From an uncultured Candidatus Micrarchaeota archaeon (GTDB lineage: Archaea; Micrarchaeota; Micrarchaeia; Micrarchaeales; Micrarchaeaceae): a stretch of 62,698 nt of DNA. The notes below the pieces were generated by a model. It did not search any database, had not been told where the DNA came from, and saw only the letters and a list, made by a program, of their open reading frames with translations. Location: the NCBI GenBank assembly GCA_963741095.1, contig CAVUGN010000006.1, positions 1 to 62,698 of the forward strand, read 5' to 3'. Every line of letters begins with the position of its first letter. Position 1 is the stretch's first letter. Below, piece by piece: positions 18,751 to 27,683 of the stretch. The translations under genes and the position numbers were made by a program.

Positions 18751-19365
18751 TTAATCTGGATGCTTTTCAGTAACTCGCTCGAGCTTTCTAATCGCATCAC
18801 TGTGCATTTGTGCATTCGTAAGCCTTCTAATACCTTCGAGCCTTTGCACAGTTATGTCTTCACTTGTTCGATCCGCGTCTTTGTGGTCTATCTTCAGCCT
18901 GAGCGCTTCATTCGCCGCAATATACGGGCCGAAACTCTTTTCGAACATTTCCACAGTAAGCTTGTCTAGGCTTTCAATCATCTTACTCAGTGGGACATCA
19001 TAGCGATCCATATCTGGAAGCTTATCGGTCGCGGTCACAAGGTCAAATCCCTTCGGTATGTTTTTCGTGTTGTCGTATAGTACAGTAGGGTTGTCTCCAT
19101 GGAGGTTTTTGTCCACCAGTAATATACTCCTTATCGCAGTGGATCCACCAAGGAATTGTATTTCCTCATATCCTTCCGGTTTGCCATCGATGACCAACCT
19201 TACGCTTAGTTCATGGAATGGAGTTACGCTCTTGATTATGCCTTTGTGCATGGTTGTTCTTCCGAAATCCGACCACTCCATTAAAACGGTCTTGCCTATG
19301 TAATTCGGCAGGTTGTTCATCTGCTCTACTCTTTGCTGAACGTCAGAGTTTTTTTCTATTGTCAT
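18751..19365 (-). CDS. Orphan protein, tandem paralogue B
   Basis: See paralogue A; GTGAT RBS upstream. Confidence 0.75.
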   Translation of the reverse strand: MTIEKNSDVQQRVEQMNNLPNYIGKTVLMEWSDFGRTTMHKGIIKSVTPFHELSVRLVIDGKPEGYEEIQFLGGSTAIRSILLVDKNLHGDNPTVLYDNTKNIPKGFDLVTATDKLPDMDRYDVPLSKMIESLDKLTVEMFEKSFGPYIAANEALRLKIDHKDADRTSEDITVQRLEGIRRLTNAQMHSDAIRKLERVTEKHPD

Positions 19366-19406
19366 GTAATCACGTTATTGTATTACGTTTAAGCCTTCCT
19401 GGGGAC

Positions 19407-19844
19407 TTATTTCCTCAGTATGCCCTTTATCGCTTCCATTTCCTGATGGGTGATAAGCAATGCGTTGGCGTCACGGATGTATTCGAGCACGCTCGTGCCA
19501 TACCCGTCCATGATCTTGTCGATGGTCTTTTCTGTTGATTTTTCTTGCGAGGCCGCCAGACTTGAGACTACCAGTTTGAGCGCGATCTCGTAATCCCTGA
19601 TAAAAACAGGGAGATGGAGCGCAGTCATCTTCACGCCCATGTACCTGATAGGTGTGTTCGCAAGAAATTCACGCCCCTCGCGCGTGGCCACCATTTGCAC
19701 TGCGTTGCGCCTGTCCTCTATGAGCGCGAGCACATTAGCCTTGTTTACAATTCTGTCGGTAGGCTGGATTTGCCCCCACGTTTCGTATCCTCTGATTGTT
19801 ACTGTGGCATTCGCGCTTGGTGCAGCTTTTTCTTGGTAAGTCAT
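19407..19844 (-). CDS. Orphan protein
   Basis: 145-aa ORF, GTGAT RBS, extended TATA motif at about 19879-19891. Confidence 0.65.
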   Translation of the reverse strand: MTYQEKAAPSANATVTIRGYETWGQIQPTDRIVNKANVLALIEDRRNAVQMVATREGREFLANTPIRYMGVKMTALHLPVFIRDYEIALKLVVSSLAASQEKSTEKTIDKIMDGYGTSVLEYIRDANALLITHQEMEAIKGILRK

Positions 19845-20008
19845 TCGATCACGTTATAGTATTATTATCGCAGTTTAGGAGATACTTAAACCTTGTTTTG
19901 ACCTTAGACGGTTGTCGTTTCAAGCTTATACATTGTTCCCGCTACGTCTCGCGTCTAATCCCTGAAAAGGCTTAAATATCTGGAAAGCCGCAATTATAGC
20001 GTGGTAAT

Positions 20009-20452
20009 ATGGCTGAAAAACAAGTTGAAGGCATGAAGAACTGCAACAGCATGGTTCTGGAGACTGAGCCGAGAGCGATTTCCGTCATGAAGTTGCCGAT
20101 ACCGTTGAAAGTCGAGTTCGCAGACAAGGATGGAGTCTGCTCGACGAAGGAGGGATTTGTCAATTACCTGAAAGGGGACGCCATAATGACCGGCACGAAG
20201 GGCGAGAGGTGGCCGATTGCCAAGGAGAAATTCGAAAAGACTTATGAGGCAGTCGATGCCGAAAAGGGCCTGTATTCGAAGAAGAGCCTGCCAGTACTGG
20301 CGCTCAAGATTGACGAGCCTTTCACAGTCAATGTGTCATGGAGCAAGGATCCGCTGGTCGGAAAGCCCGGAGACTGGCTACTGCAGTACGGAAAGGGGGA
20401 TTTTGGCATAGTCGATGCTGAGATCTTCAAGGAGACGTACAAGGCTCTGTAA
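20009..20452 (+). CDS. PGDYG-like protein
   Basis: Duplicated motifs GDAIMTGTKGERWPI..EKFEKTY and PGDWLLQYGKGDFGIVD.EIFKETY. Confidence 0.7.
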   Translation: MAEKQVEGMKNCNSMVLETEPRAISVMKLPIPLKVEFADKDGVCSTKEGFVNYLKGDAIMTGTKGERWPIAKEKFEKTYEAVDAEKGLYSKKSLPVLALKIDEPFTVNVSWSKDPLVGKPGDWLLQYGKGDFGIVDAEIFKETYKAL

Positions 20453-20520
20453 AGGCATAGCAGAGGTTTCAATGAAGTTTTGATGCCAGCGTGGAGCATC
20501 CACAAGGCTGATTTTTACGT

Positions 20521-20613
20521 CTTAGCCTGCGCCATCGGCTTTCTGCCTTGGCGTGCTTCCATGCGGATCTCGGCCAAGGCTGGAAGGGCTGAAGACTGGG
20601 CGTGGGGCTTGAT
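20521..20613 (+). repeat. Cassette-boundary repeat copy, containing copy 2 of the 29-bp direct repeat
   Basis: CTTGGCGTGCTTCCATGCGGATCTCGGCCAAGGCTGG...GGGCTTGA. Confidence 0.85.
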
Positions 20614-20615
20614 TG

Positions 20616-21569
20616 TTATGCTGCCTTAACATGCCCCGCAAGGAACTCCCTGACCTGTTTATAGTACTGTTTAAGTACAAATTCCGCCAGGACTCTGAAG
20701 CGATCCTTCTCCACCGAATATATGAGCGCCTCGAAATACTTTTCTTTCTCCATAGAGATATTCAACAGCGGAAAACCCTCATCGAGCAGGGTTTTATTGA
20801 ATACGAGCCTGCAGATCCTCTTGTTCCCGTCAAGGAAAGGGTGTATCCTGTACAGCCTGTAATGCGCCATGGTGGCTTTTTCTATCGGGTTTAAGCGGCT
20901 GCGCCCGTACCAGTCAATAAATCCATCAAGCAATTCACTTACCTTATCGGGGCTGGGCGGACGATAGCTCAGCTCAACGTCCACAGGGATATTCCCGGCT
21001 GTCTTATACAGGTACACCTGCCTGTCCCTGATTCGTCCTGGATTCTTGGTTTCGAAGCTGGCCATGATTGTCCTGTGCAGTCCTAGCAGGTACTTTCTGT
21101 CAAGCTCGTGCGGCTGCCTTATCGATTCTACAGCATTAAGCATGTTCCTGCTTATCCGCTCTTTCTGGGTGAAGGGGACCCCTTTTTTCAAGGCGTTCTT
21201 CACATCCACCAGGCTGACATCCACCTCTTCCGTTGTAAGGGTTGTCAATGTGAACAGAACGGTGCTGTCAATATCATATTTGCGCTTCTTTAACTCTGTC
21301 AATTTTTCATATCTCTTGTTGAATAAATCCCGAAACAGCAGGGACTTTATGACTTCCCCCTTTCCAATCGATTCCGCGTTGTATGATTTGCCCGATAGCC
21401 TCTCTATAACCTCTTCCTCGAAGCGACTTTCGATTTCGTTCAGGCTTTTCCCATCAGGCTTTCTGACCCCTATGTACTTGCTAAAGCTCCTTGACCTGTC
21501 AATCAAGAAATAGCTCAGGAAGGAGTAGTAATAATTATTTCCCTTGATCCTCTTTATGACAAGCGCCAT
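20616..21569 (-). CDS. Fic-domain protein with a basic N-terminal domain
   Basis: HPFLDGNKRICR; N-terminal KRIKGNNYYY...KYIG. Confidence 0.9.
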   Translation of the reverse strand: MALVIKRIKGNNYYYSFLSYFLIDRSRSFSKYIGVRKPDGKSLNEIESRFEEEVIERLSGKSYNAESIGKGEVIKSLLFRDLFNKRYEKLTELKKRKYDIDSTVLFTLTTLTTEEVDVSLVDVKNALKKGVPFTQKERISRNMLNAVESIRQPHELDRKYLLGLHRTIMASFETKNPGRIRDRQVYLYKTAGNIPVDVELSYRPPSPDKVSELLDGFIDWYGRSRLNPIEKATMAHYRLYRIHPFLDGNKRICRLVFNKTLLDEGFPLLNISMEKEKYFEALIYSVEKDRFRVLAEFVLKQYYKQVREFLAGHVKAA

Positions 21570-21576
21570 GGATGGG

Positions 21577-21660
21577 TTAGGTAGATGAAAATATTTAAAG
21601 CTATCTGCCTAACCGCCATGCTAATTAGGTAGATGGAAGATGTTGAGATAATCTACCTAA
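21577..21660. promoter_or_regulatory. Two tandem palindromic operators TTAGGTAGAT-N16-ATCT(A/G)CCTAA overlapping the Fic promoter
   Basis: Half-sites at 21577-21586, 21603-21612, 21625-21634 and 21651-21660; TATA-like TTTAAATA lies inside the first spacer. Confidence 0.75.
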
Positions 21661-21760
21661 CTGCAAAAAGCTATAGGAACTAACAAAACGGATAGGGCTG
21701 TAGCTTAGGGGTAGCTAATCTCAACCCCATCTGTGGATAAATATCCAGGTTAATCAATCG

Positions 21761-21883
21761 ACGCTCTAGCCTCCTTTTTCCACCCTCGCCCCGCCCCCTT
21801 AATCATCTTTCTTCGCATAGCCAAGCATGCGGATCTCCGCCAAAGATTTAGGATGGCTAGATGGCGTGGCTGGGCTTGAGCTT
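21761..21883 (+). repeat. Cassette-boundary repeat copy, still encoding MRISAKDLGWL
   Basis: ATGCGGATCTCCGCCAAAGATTTAGGATGGCTA versus the nuclease start MQISAKDLGWL. Confidence 0.88.
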
Positions 21884-21885
21884 AA

Positions 21886-22239
21886 TCACTCTGCTAGTAT
21901 CTCATCCTCTTCTGACCAAGGAGGAGAACACACAACAAGTATCTCTGCGCCTGTTTTTGATGTCTTCCAGGCCTTATGGTTTGTGTTTGGGAATATCATG
22001 ACCATCTGCCCTTTCTTCAGATGCTCGGTTTTCCCGTCCAGCTCCACGTTTATCGCTCCCTTCAGGACAAAGTAGACTTCTGTGAGCTTCTTGTGGAAGT
22101 GCCTTTTTGTTGGCTCTTTTATGGTAACGTACGCAAAATCCATGCTCTTAGAATCAGTATTACCAGTCAATTTCCGCATGAGCCCGCACGTTATCCGTTC
22201 TGGGCTTGCATCCTGGACCTTCCTTACTATATGTGGCAT
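21886..22239 (-). CDS. Cupin-domain protein
   Basis: HFHKKLTEVYFVLKG and GQMVMIFPNTNH. Confidence 0.88.
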   Translation of the reverse strand: MPHIVRKVQDASPERITCGLMRKLTGNTDSKSMDFAYVTIKEPTKRHFHKKLTEVYFVLKGAINVELDGKTEHLKKGQMVMIFPNTNHKAWKTSKTGAEILVVCSPPWSEEDEILAE

Positions 22240-22280
22240 AAACTATCCTTCCATCTTAAGCCTTAAAATATGTACGCTGC

Positions 22281-22335
22281 GCTCATCCTAGCCTCGCCCG
22301 CGCGCACGCCGCTCCGCCCTGCTTGGGGCGTGCTG
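22281..22335 (+). repeat. Short cassette-boundary repeat copy
   Basis: CATCCTAGCCTCGCCCGCGC...GCTTGGGGCGTGCT. Confidence 0.55.
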
Positions 22336-22366
22336 GAGTTATTTACGTCATGCTCGCAGATCGTGT

Positions 22367-22404
22367 ATGGCTACAATTAGTGTATTCGCGCAAGGTGTGG
22401 CCAT
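22367..22404. promoter_or_regulatory. Palindromic operator ATGGCTACA-N20-TGTGGCCAT
   Basis: Near-identical half-sites and the same spacing as 38003-38040. Confidence 0.6.
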
Positions 22405-22511
22405 ATTGATGCAGATGCCTTGTCTAATGTGTATTTAATGTGACGGATAATATCAAATATGATAATAGATGATACACAAAGTATATATATCTTGACGCGG
22501 CTTATATAAAC

Positions 22512-23090
22512 ATGAAAAGCGCTGACTTCAACGACTTTCTTGCGGGAAGGAACATCAGGGTGTTCAGGCTAGCGGATGCTGCAAGGATAATAGGGAAGAA
22601 CAGGCGCTACTCCGCGCTTTTCCTTTCGCGGAACAATAGAATAAAGAGCGCCGTGGGGGGAGTCTACTACACCAAGAACGCCACAGAATACGAGGTCGCA
22701 TCGAGGATAGTGTACCCGTCATACGTCAGCCTGGTCTCGGCGCTGCGCTTCCACAACCTCACGGAGCAGATGCCAAGGATAATTTACATCATGTCCCCCA
22801 AGAGGCACAGGCCGGTGCCCTCCCTGAACGGCTATAAGGTAGAGTTTAAAAGGATCAAAAAAGAAATGATGTACGGCTACAGCAAGGTCGACGACGTGTT
22901 TGTTGCATCCCCAGAGAAGGCTGTGATTGATATGCTTTACCTGAACGCGTTTGTGGAGTATGCGGAAGAGTCCATCGACTCAGGAAAATTGAACTACAAG
23001 CTTTTGGAGGACTACGCGGCAAGATCCGGGGTGAAGAGCTTAGAACGGAGGATTGAAAAACTAGTGGACCATAGGCCGCCGATCTGGTGA
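22512..23090 (+). CDS. abiEi: AbiEi-like type IV TA antitoxin / transcriptional regulator
   Basis: PSYVSLVSALRFHNLTEQMP and ASPEKAVIDMLY. Confidence 0.88.
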   Translation: MKSADFNDFLAGRNIRVFRLADAARIIGKNRRYSALFLSRNNRIKSAVGGVYYTKNATEYEVASRIVYPSYVSLVSALRFHNLTEQMPRIIYIMSPKRHRPVPSLNGYKVEFKRIKKEMMYGYSKVDDVFVASPEKAVIDMLYLNAFVEYAEESIDSGKLNYKLLEDYAARSGVKSLERRIEKLVDHRPPIW

Positions 23091-23094
23091 TCGC

Positions 23095-23883
23095 ATGATG
23101 AACAAAAAGGAGATTGAAGAATACAAAACGTACGGCGATCCTTATCAGGTAGAGAAGGATTACCTGCAGGACCTCATGCTCCATACGATATACTCGAAAA
23201 GCGACGCCCAGATGGTGTTCAAGGGAGGCACAGCACTGGCGAAGTTCTATTACTCCGGCCGTTTCTCCGAGGATCTTGATTTCACTCTGCGCCATGTGGA
23301 TGCCGAGCCGTTGGAGTACGTGAAGCGCCTGCTTGCGGATGTCATAAGGGACATGGAATACCCGGCAACGTACGGGGACGGACCAACGGAGAACAGATTC
23401 AACACGATAAGCGCGAGCCTTGCAGTGGAAGGACCGAGGTATGATGCTGGAAGGAAAAGCACTGTGCAGTATGTGAAGTTCGAGATAAACACCACCGGTT
23501 CTACCATCTTCCCACCCGTCAATCTGTCAAGGCAGCCCAAGTACCGTGATGCTGACTTGTACCTGACCCCGGTCATGGACATGCGCGACATACTGGCCGA
23601 GAAGGTAAGAGCACTGATGAGCAAGGGAAGAAGGCACAAGGAACGCGACCTGTACGACATGCGCTTCATGCTGGCCAAGGGAGGCGAGCTGAAGAAGGAG
23701 TACGCGCTGGCAAAGCTGAAAGAATCAGGAACGGAATACTCAAGCGAGCTGCTTTCGAAAAGCATAGACATGATTGGATCTTCTTGGGATCAGTTGAGGC
23801 CGCTCCTACCGAACCAGCTGATGGATTATAAGGAAGCAAGAGATGCGGTCAGGCAGGGACTCGAGAAAGCCGGCCTGCTGTGA
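23095..23883 (+). CDS. abiEii: AbiEii-like nucleotidyltransferase toxin
   Basis: EKDY, FKGGTAL, RFSEDLDF, AEKVRAL, RDLYD. Confidence 0.92.
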   Translation: MMNKKEIEEYKTYGDPYQVEKDYLQDLMLHTIYSKSDAQMVFKGGTALAKFYYSGRFSEDLDFTLRHVDAEPLEYVKRLLADVIRDMEYPATYGDGPTENRFNTISASLAVEGPRYDAGRKSTVQYVKFEINTTGSTIFPPVNLSRQPKYRDADLYLTPVMDMRDILAEKVRALMSKGRRHKERDLYDMRFMLAKGGELKKEYALAKLKESGTEYSSELLSKSIDMIGSSWDQLRPLLPNQLMDYKEARDAVRQGLEKAGLL

Positions 23884-23885
23884 TC

Positions 23886-24000
23886 GAGCCTAGCGTAGAC
23901 TTCCTCATCCCGCGCTCTCCCCGTACCCCCTAAACGCTTTTCTCCGGATGGCTTGGCGTGCTTCGGATCTCGGTTAAGGAGGGGATGGCATGCTGGGCTT
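23886..24000 (+). repeat. Cassette-boundary repeat copy
   Basis: CCCCCTAAACGCTTTTCTCCGGATGGCTTGGCGTGCTTCGGATCTCGGTTAAGG...GGATGGC..GCTGGGCTT. Confidence 0.85.
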
Positions 24001-24006
24001 TATTTA

Positions 24007-24360
24007 TTATTTTTCAGGACTAGTCCAATTTCTGATCGTCTTTTCCACTTCTTTTTTAGTGTACTTGCCGATCGCTATCTCGTAGACGAGTTTTTCAAAA
24101 GCCTCGTCGCTTATTCCAACTTTTATTCCATGCAGCTCGAGATAGGACTCCATTGCTATGACTGCGGTGCGCTTGTTCCCGTCCAGGAACGGATGAAGCG
24201 TTATTATATCGAACAATAGGGCGGTTGCCGCGGTTATGGGATCCGGGATTTTTAAGGTGGTTTCTACAATATAGTCGAGATTGCCAGGATTCACGACGGT
24301 GCCTTTCTCTCCTACGGACTTGTTTATGGTTATAAGCAGCCCGGTGCTTAATTCTTGCAA
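24007..24360 (-). CDS. doc: Doc-family (Fic fold) toxin
   Basis: 117 aa with HPFLDGNKRTA. Confidence 0.85.
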   Translation of the reverse strand: MQELSTGLLITINKSVGEKGTVVNPGNLDYIVETTLKIPDPITAATALLFDIITLHPFLDGNKRTAVIAMESYLELHGIKVGISDEAFEKLVYEIAIGKYTKKEVEKTIRNWTSPEK

Positions 24361-24364
24361 GCAA

Positions 24365-24478
24365 TTACCTGGCTCTTGCCGAAGCCCTTAGCCTTGCAGC
24401 GTACTGCTCTTCGGCCAGCCTCGCGAGTAGCTTCTTTCTGCGCGCTATTACCTCCTTGACTATGAGCTTTATGTCCAT
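24365..24478 (-). CDS. Putative 37-aa antitoxin (MDIKLIVKEVIARRKKLLARLAEEQ...)
   Basis: Read by hand; GTGAT RBS, TATA box upstream, directly before the Doc toxin. Confidence 0.6.
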   Translation of the reverse strand: MDIKLIVKEVIARRKKLLARLAEEQYAARLRASARAR

Positions 24479-24520
24479 CCGATCACTATTATTGGCACTC
24501 TCATCATATATAAACTTTAT

Positions 24521-24675
24521 CTAACTCTCATCCTGGTCTCGCCGCGCCCTCCTCTCTAGCCTCACTTTTTCCACTCTGGCCCCGCAACCCTTAACCATCT
24601 TCTTTCTCATAGCTTAGCACGCAGATCTCGGCCAAGGCTGAGATGGCTAGATGGGCTTGGGACTAGGCTTGAGGT
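24521..24675 (+). repeat. Cassette-boundary repeat copy (near full length)
   Basis: CCCCGCAACCCTTAACCATCTTCTTTCTCATAGCTTAGCACGCAGATCTCGGCCAAGGCTGAGATGGCTAGATGGGCTT. Confidence 0.88.
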
Positions 24676-24700
24676 ATCCGGGGTATGTGAAGCAGGGTAG

Positions 24701-25054
24701 TTATTTCCCCTTGTACCCGAATTTCCGGTTATAGTCGTTGTGGTCCATTATGTCCAGCACGAAGGCGATTATCTCGACCTCGGTCTCATCGTTGGTAAGC
24801 GTGTAGAGCATGCGCCAGAAGCTTGCGAGTTCGACATGGAACAGGTTTGTAACGCCATACCTGACTTTATATTCGTTCGGGATCAAATTCTTGGGTACCG
24901 GATCGCCGTAATGAGGATTCATCTTTATCAGTTCTACCTTCTTCTTTATCGAGTTGAATATGCTCCGCTCTATCTTTGTCTTGTCGGACTTGCCGTTGAG
25001 ATCATTGTACACCGCTTCGGCCTCGGGCGAAAGGATCACTCTGACCGGTTTCAT
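24701..25054 (-). CDS. RelE-like toxin (archaeal type)
   Basis: NPHYG..PK.LIP.EY, NLFHVEL..FWRMLYTL, DHNDYNRKFGY. Confidence 0.75.
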   Translation of the reverse strand: MKPVRVILSPEAEAVYNDLNGKSDKTKIERSIFNSIKKKVELIKMNPHYGDPVPKNLIPNEYKVRYGVTNLFHVELASFWRMLYTLTNDETEVEIIAFVLDIMDHNDYNRKFGYKGK

Positions 25055-25338
25055 ATTTCCAATCCCTTTGCAATCGCTTTCCTGAGGTTCGGATTGGCAT
25101 TGTGCACCCAGGTTATGCCCTTCAGCGTTACGGCTATCTTGCCGCTCTCTTCCAGATATTCGAGTATCACTTTCAGCGTGGTGTGGTTAACCTGTTTCGG
25201 GAGCCGCTTCTTTATCTCGGGGATTGTTATAATGGAATTAGGGGAGTTCTTTATGGCGTTCTCGACCATCAATACCGTGTTGAGGGTCGGGGAGGGCCTG
25301 AACTTCTGCACCATTACCATATTTGACGTCTGAATCAC
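25051..25338 (-). CDS. Putative winged-HTH antitoxin
   Basis: PTLNTVLMVE...LKVILEYLEESGKI; 4-bp overlap with the toxin. Confidence 0.7.
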   Translation of the reverse strand: MIQTSNMVMVQKFRPSPTLNTVLMVENAIKNSPNSIITIPEIKKRLPKQVNHTTLKVILEYLEESGKIAVTLKGITWVHNANPNLRKAIAKGLEI

Positions 25339-25410
25339 TTTTAGTTATTAATTAATACTTAATTATTATTGATTAATAACGTATATAAACCTTTCTACCT
25401 TCTTGCTATT

Positions 25411-25498
25411 CTCCATCCTAGCCACTCGTTCTCCTCGTTCTACCCACGCCCCGCAACCCTTAAACTCTTTTCTTCACATAGCATACCGTGCTTACGTG
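25411..25498 (+). repeat. Cassette-boundary repeat copy acting as the apparent promoter of the next gene
   Basis: CCCCGCAACCCTTAAACTCTTTTCTTCACATAGC..CCGTGCTTACGTG; the GTG lies where other copies have ATG. Confidence 0.8.
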
Positions 25499-26884
25499 CC
25501 CGGATACAACCCTGGAGTCTGCAACATAGGCAGGAACGAGATAAGGAAGCGGTACGCTTTGGCTTTGGTGGGTTTTGCCATTGCAGCCATCGTTTCTTAT
25601 GCCATCCTTGCATTCGGCCTGCCGCGTTGGGTTCTGCTCATTTCTTTGATACCGCTGCTGATGGGCTTCGAGGGCTTCTTTCAGGGATATCTGCATTTCT
25701 GCGCGGGCTTGGCAGCTGCAGGCGTGTATGATTTCACAGGTTCTGGGGGCACAAGACACAAGGTTACGGATGCCAGGTCGCACAGGACAGACATGGGAAA
25801 AGCCATGCATATCCACGCATACTCGATAATTTCAAGCGCGGCCGCGATGGCTGTTGCCTATTCTGTTTTATACCTTACAAAACCGCTCCTGGCGAACGCC
25901 GCGATGTTTTCTGAGCTGCACTGGATACCATCCGCGATTGCCGCAGTCCTGACCATCCTGATAGTGTTTGTGAAGAACAAGCGCTGGCACAAGGCCGTCG
26001 GATTCGGGATGGCCCTCTTTGCCCTTATCGGGCTCGCCGGCTATGTGCAGGAAGGCAATTTCTACCTGTCCCCGCTCAACTTCCACACGCTCCATTCGTG
26101 GATTGGGATAGCTGCATTGGCGGCATCGCTCTTAACGGTTGCAACTGCGGCATATCTCAAGAAGAAAAAGTCTTCAAAGCATCATATGATCGGTTACATC
26201 GCTGCTTTCCTGTCGTTCGCGGCCTTGCTGCTCGGCCTGCTGATGCTTCTGGGCGTAGCGAATCTTGCGCCTGCGGGATCGGCTTCAACCGCGGGGAACG
26301 TAACCCTGCAGGTTCCGGTATCCAACGTTCTCTCCGATGTCGAGGCGAGCACGTTCATGGGTGTGAACCTCACCCCGATGAGTAGGCAGCTCAACAACGC
26401 GATCAACGGCACCCAGTACATAAACAGGAGCACGTACAGGCTGCGCGTTACAGGTTTGGTTGAGAATAGCATGAACCTTTCCTATGACGATCTGCTTGGC
26501 CTGCCAGCCTATTCGGAAGTCGCAGTCCTGCCGTGCGTCGAGGGATGGAAATTCACCGCACAATGGACCGGCTTCAGGGTCATGGATCTCTTGAATCTTG
26601 CTAAGCTGAAGCCAGATGCGACGTACGTGGTCTTCCATTCATCGGACGGCTACACCACCGGGCTGCCCATCGATTACTTGAAGAACCAGAATACGCTAAT
26701 GGCCTACGGCATCAACAACGTTACCCTGCCGCCTGATCGTGGTTTTCCGTTCCAGCTTGTCGCGGTCAACAAGTACGGCTACAAATGGGCGAAGTGGATA
26801 ACGAGCATAGAGGTCGTGAACAAGACCGTGGCAGGTTATTGGGAATCGAGAGGCTACAGCAACTCCGCGAATGTCAGCGGTTGA
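25496..26884 (+). CDS. Fusion of a PGVCNIG membrane domain, a His-containing (b-heme-like) membrane domain and a sulfite-oxidase/MsrP-family molybdopterin domain
   Basis: N-terminus homologous to 51717..52106; FHTLHSWIG and HH motifs; LPCVEGW, LPPDRGFP, GYKWAKWI, GYWESRGY. Confidence 0.82.
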   Translation: MPGYNPGVCNIGRNEIRKRYALALVGFAIAAIVSYAILAFGLPRWVLLISLIPLLMGFEGFFQGYLHFCAGLAAAGVYDFTGSGGTRHKVTDARSHRTDMGKAMHIHAYSIISSAAAMAVAYSVLYLTKPLLANAAMFSELHWIPSAIAAVLTILIVFVKNKRWHKAVGFGMALFALIGLAGYVQEGNFYLSPLNFHTLHSWIGIAALAASLLTVATAAYLKKKKSSKHHMIGYIAAFLSFAALLLGLLMLLGVANLAPAGSASTAGNVTLQVPVSNVLSDVEASTFMGVNLTPMSRQLNNAINGTQYINRSTYRLRVTGLVENSMNLSYDDLLGLPAYSEVAVLPCVEGWKFTAQWTGFRVMDLLNLAKLKPDATYVVFHSSDGYTTGLPIDYLKNQNTLMAYGINNVTLPPDRGFPFQLVAVNKYGYKWAKWITSIEVVNKTVAGYWESRGYSNSANVSG

Positions 26885-26889
26885 GCACG

Positions 26890-26975
26890 CCTTTAGCCTC
26901 TCCTTTCTACCCCTAGCCCGCGCCGCGCTCTTCTTTTTCACCCTTAGCCCACGCAAACCCTCAAACTCCTTTCGA
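26890..26975 (+). repeat. Cassette-boundary repeat, left arm
   Basis: CTAGCCCGCGCCGCGCTCTTCTTTTTCACCCTTAGCCCACGCAAACCCTCAAACTC. Confidence 0.75.
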
Positions 26976-27088
26976 CAGTGAGCAATAATTATTAGGATTC
27001 AGCTGTTATTCATATTCGATGATGGCATGGCTGTTTTTCGTTCCTGACATTTTATCGCATTTGATTAGGCCAGCATGAACCCCCGAAG

Positions 27089-27652
27089 CTATTTCCGTAT
27101 CACCGGAGGCATTGGGAGCCTGTCAGTGGATATGAGTTTGCCGTGTTCGAATTCCTGCACCACGATGTTGTTGTCGGCTTCGTGGAGCGCGCCGGAGCGC
27201 AGCGACGATCCGATCGGTTTCACGTCCTGTTTTGCGAACAGCAGCTTCGCGACGCCCTTGCCCATCTCGGTGAATTGGATGACCCTCACATCCGCGGCCG
27301 ATTCTATGAGCCCGGAACGGCCGAGCGTCTGTATGCTGACGGGCACGCTGTCCGATCTTCTTTGCCAAGCCAGCATGCTGCCGCCGATGTTTATCTTGAG
27401 CATCACGTCCTTCATGTTTTTGCCCTCTTTTGTGTTGTCGTCTGCCAACATCTCAGCCATCCTGGCTATCGTAGATGACTTGTTGCCTTCGAGGGCTTCG
27501 TCACGCTTGCCTTGAAGATTGGTTACGCGGGCTTCATAACGCCAATTTATCGCGCGCACGCCCTCGATCTGCATCTGGTACATCTTCACGAGCGGATGCG
27601 AATCGATCGCCCTTTCAGCGGCATTGTTGTCCACAACGGTTTTGACTGCCAT
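27089..27652 (-). CDS. Orphan protein (likely start MAVKTVVD)
   Basis: Extended TATA motif at 27677-27689, about 30 bp upstream of ATG 27652. Confidence 0.7.
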   Translation of the reverse strand: MAVKTVVDNNAAERAIDSHPLVKMYQMQIEGVRAINWRYEARVTNLQGKRDEALEGNKSSTIARMAEMLADDNTKEGKNMKDVMLKINIGGSMLAWQRRSDSVPVSIQTLGRSGLIESAADVRVIQFTEMGKGVAKLLFAKQDVKPIGSSLRSGALHEADNNIVVQEFEHGKLISTDRLPMPPVIRK

Positions 27653-27683
27653 GAAATCATTTTTCAATCAATCCAAGAGATAT

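Noticed and set aside
21827-22075. 82-aa ORF MRISAKDLGWLDG as a real gene
   Set aside because: Only the first 11 codons match the nuclease; the rest is antisense to the cupin gene, so it is a by-product of the repeat
14961-26975. Boundary repeats as canonical integron attC sites
   Set aside because: One copy follows GCATAAC on the minus strand, but paired RYYYAAC/GTTRRRY boxes are not conserved, cassettes face both ways and no IntI is present
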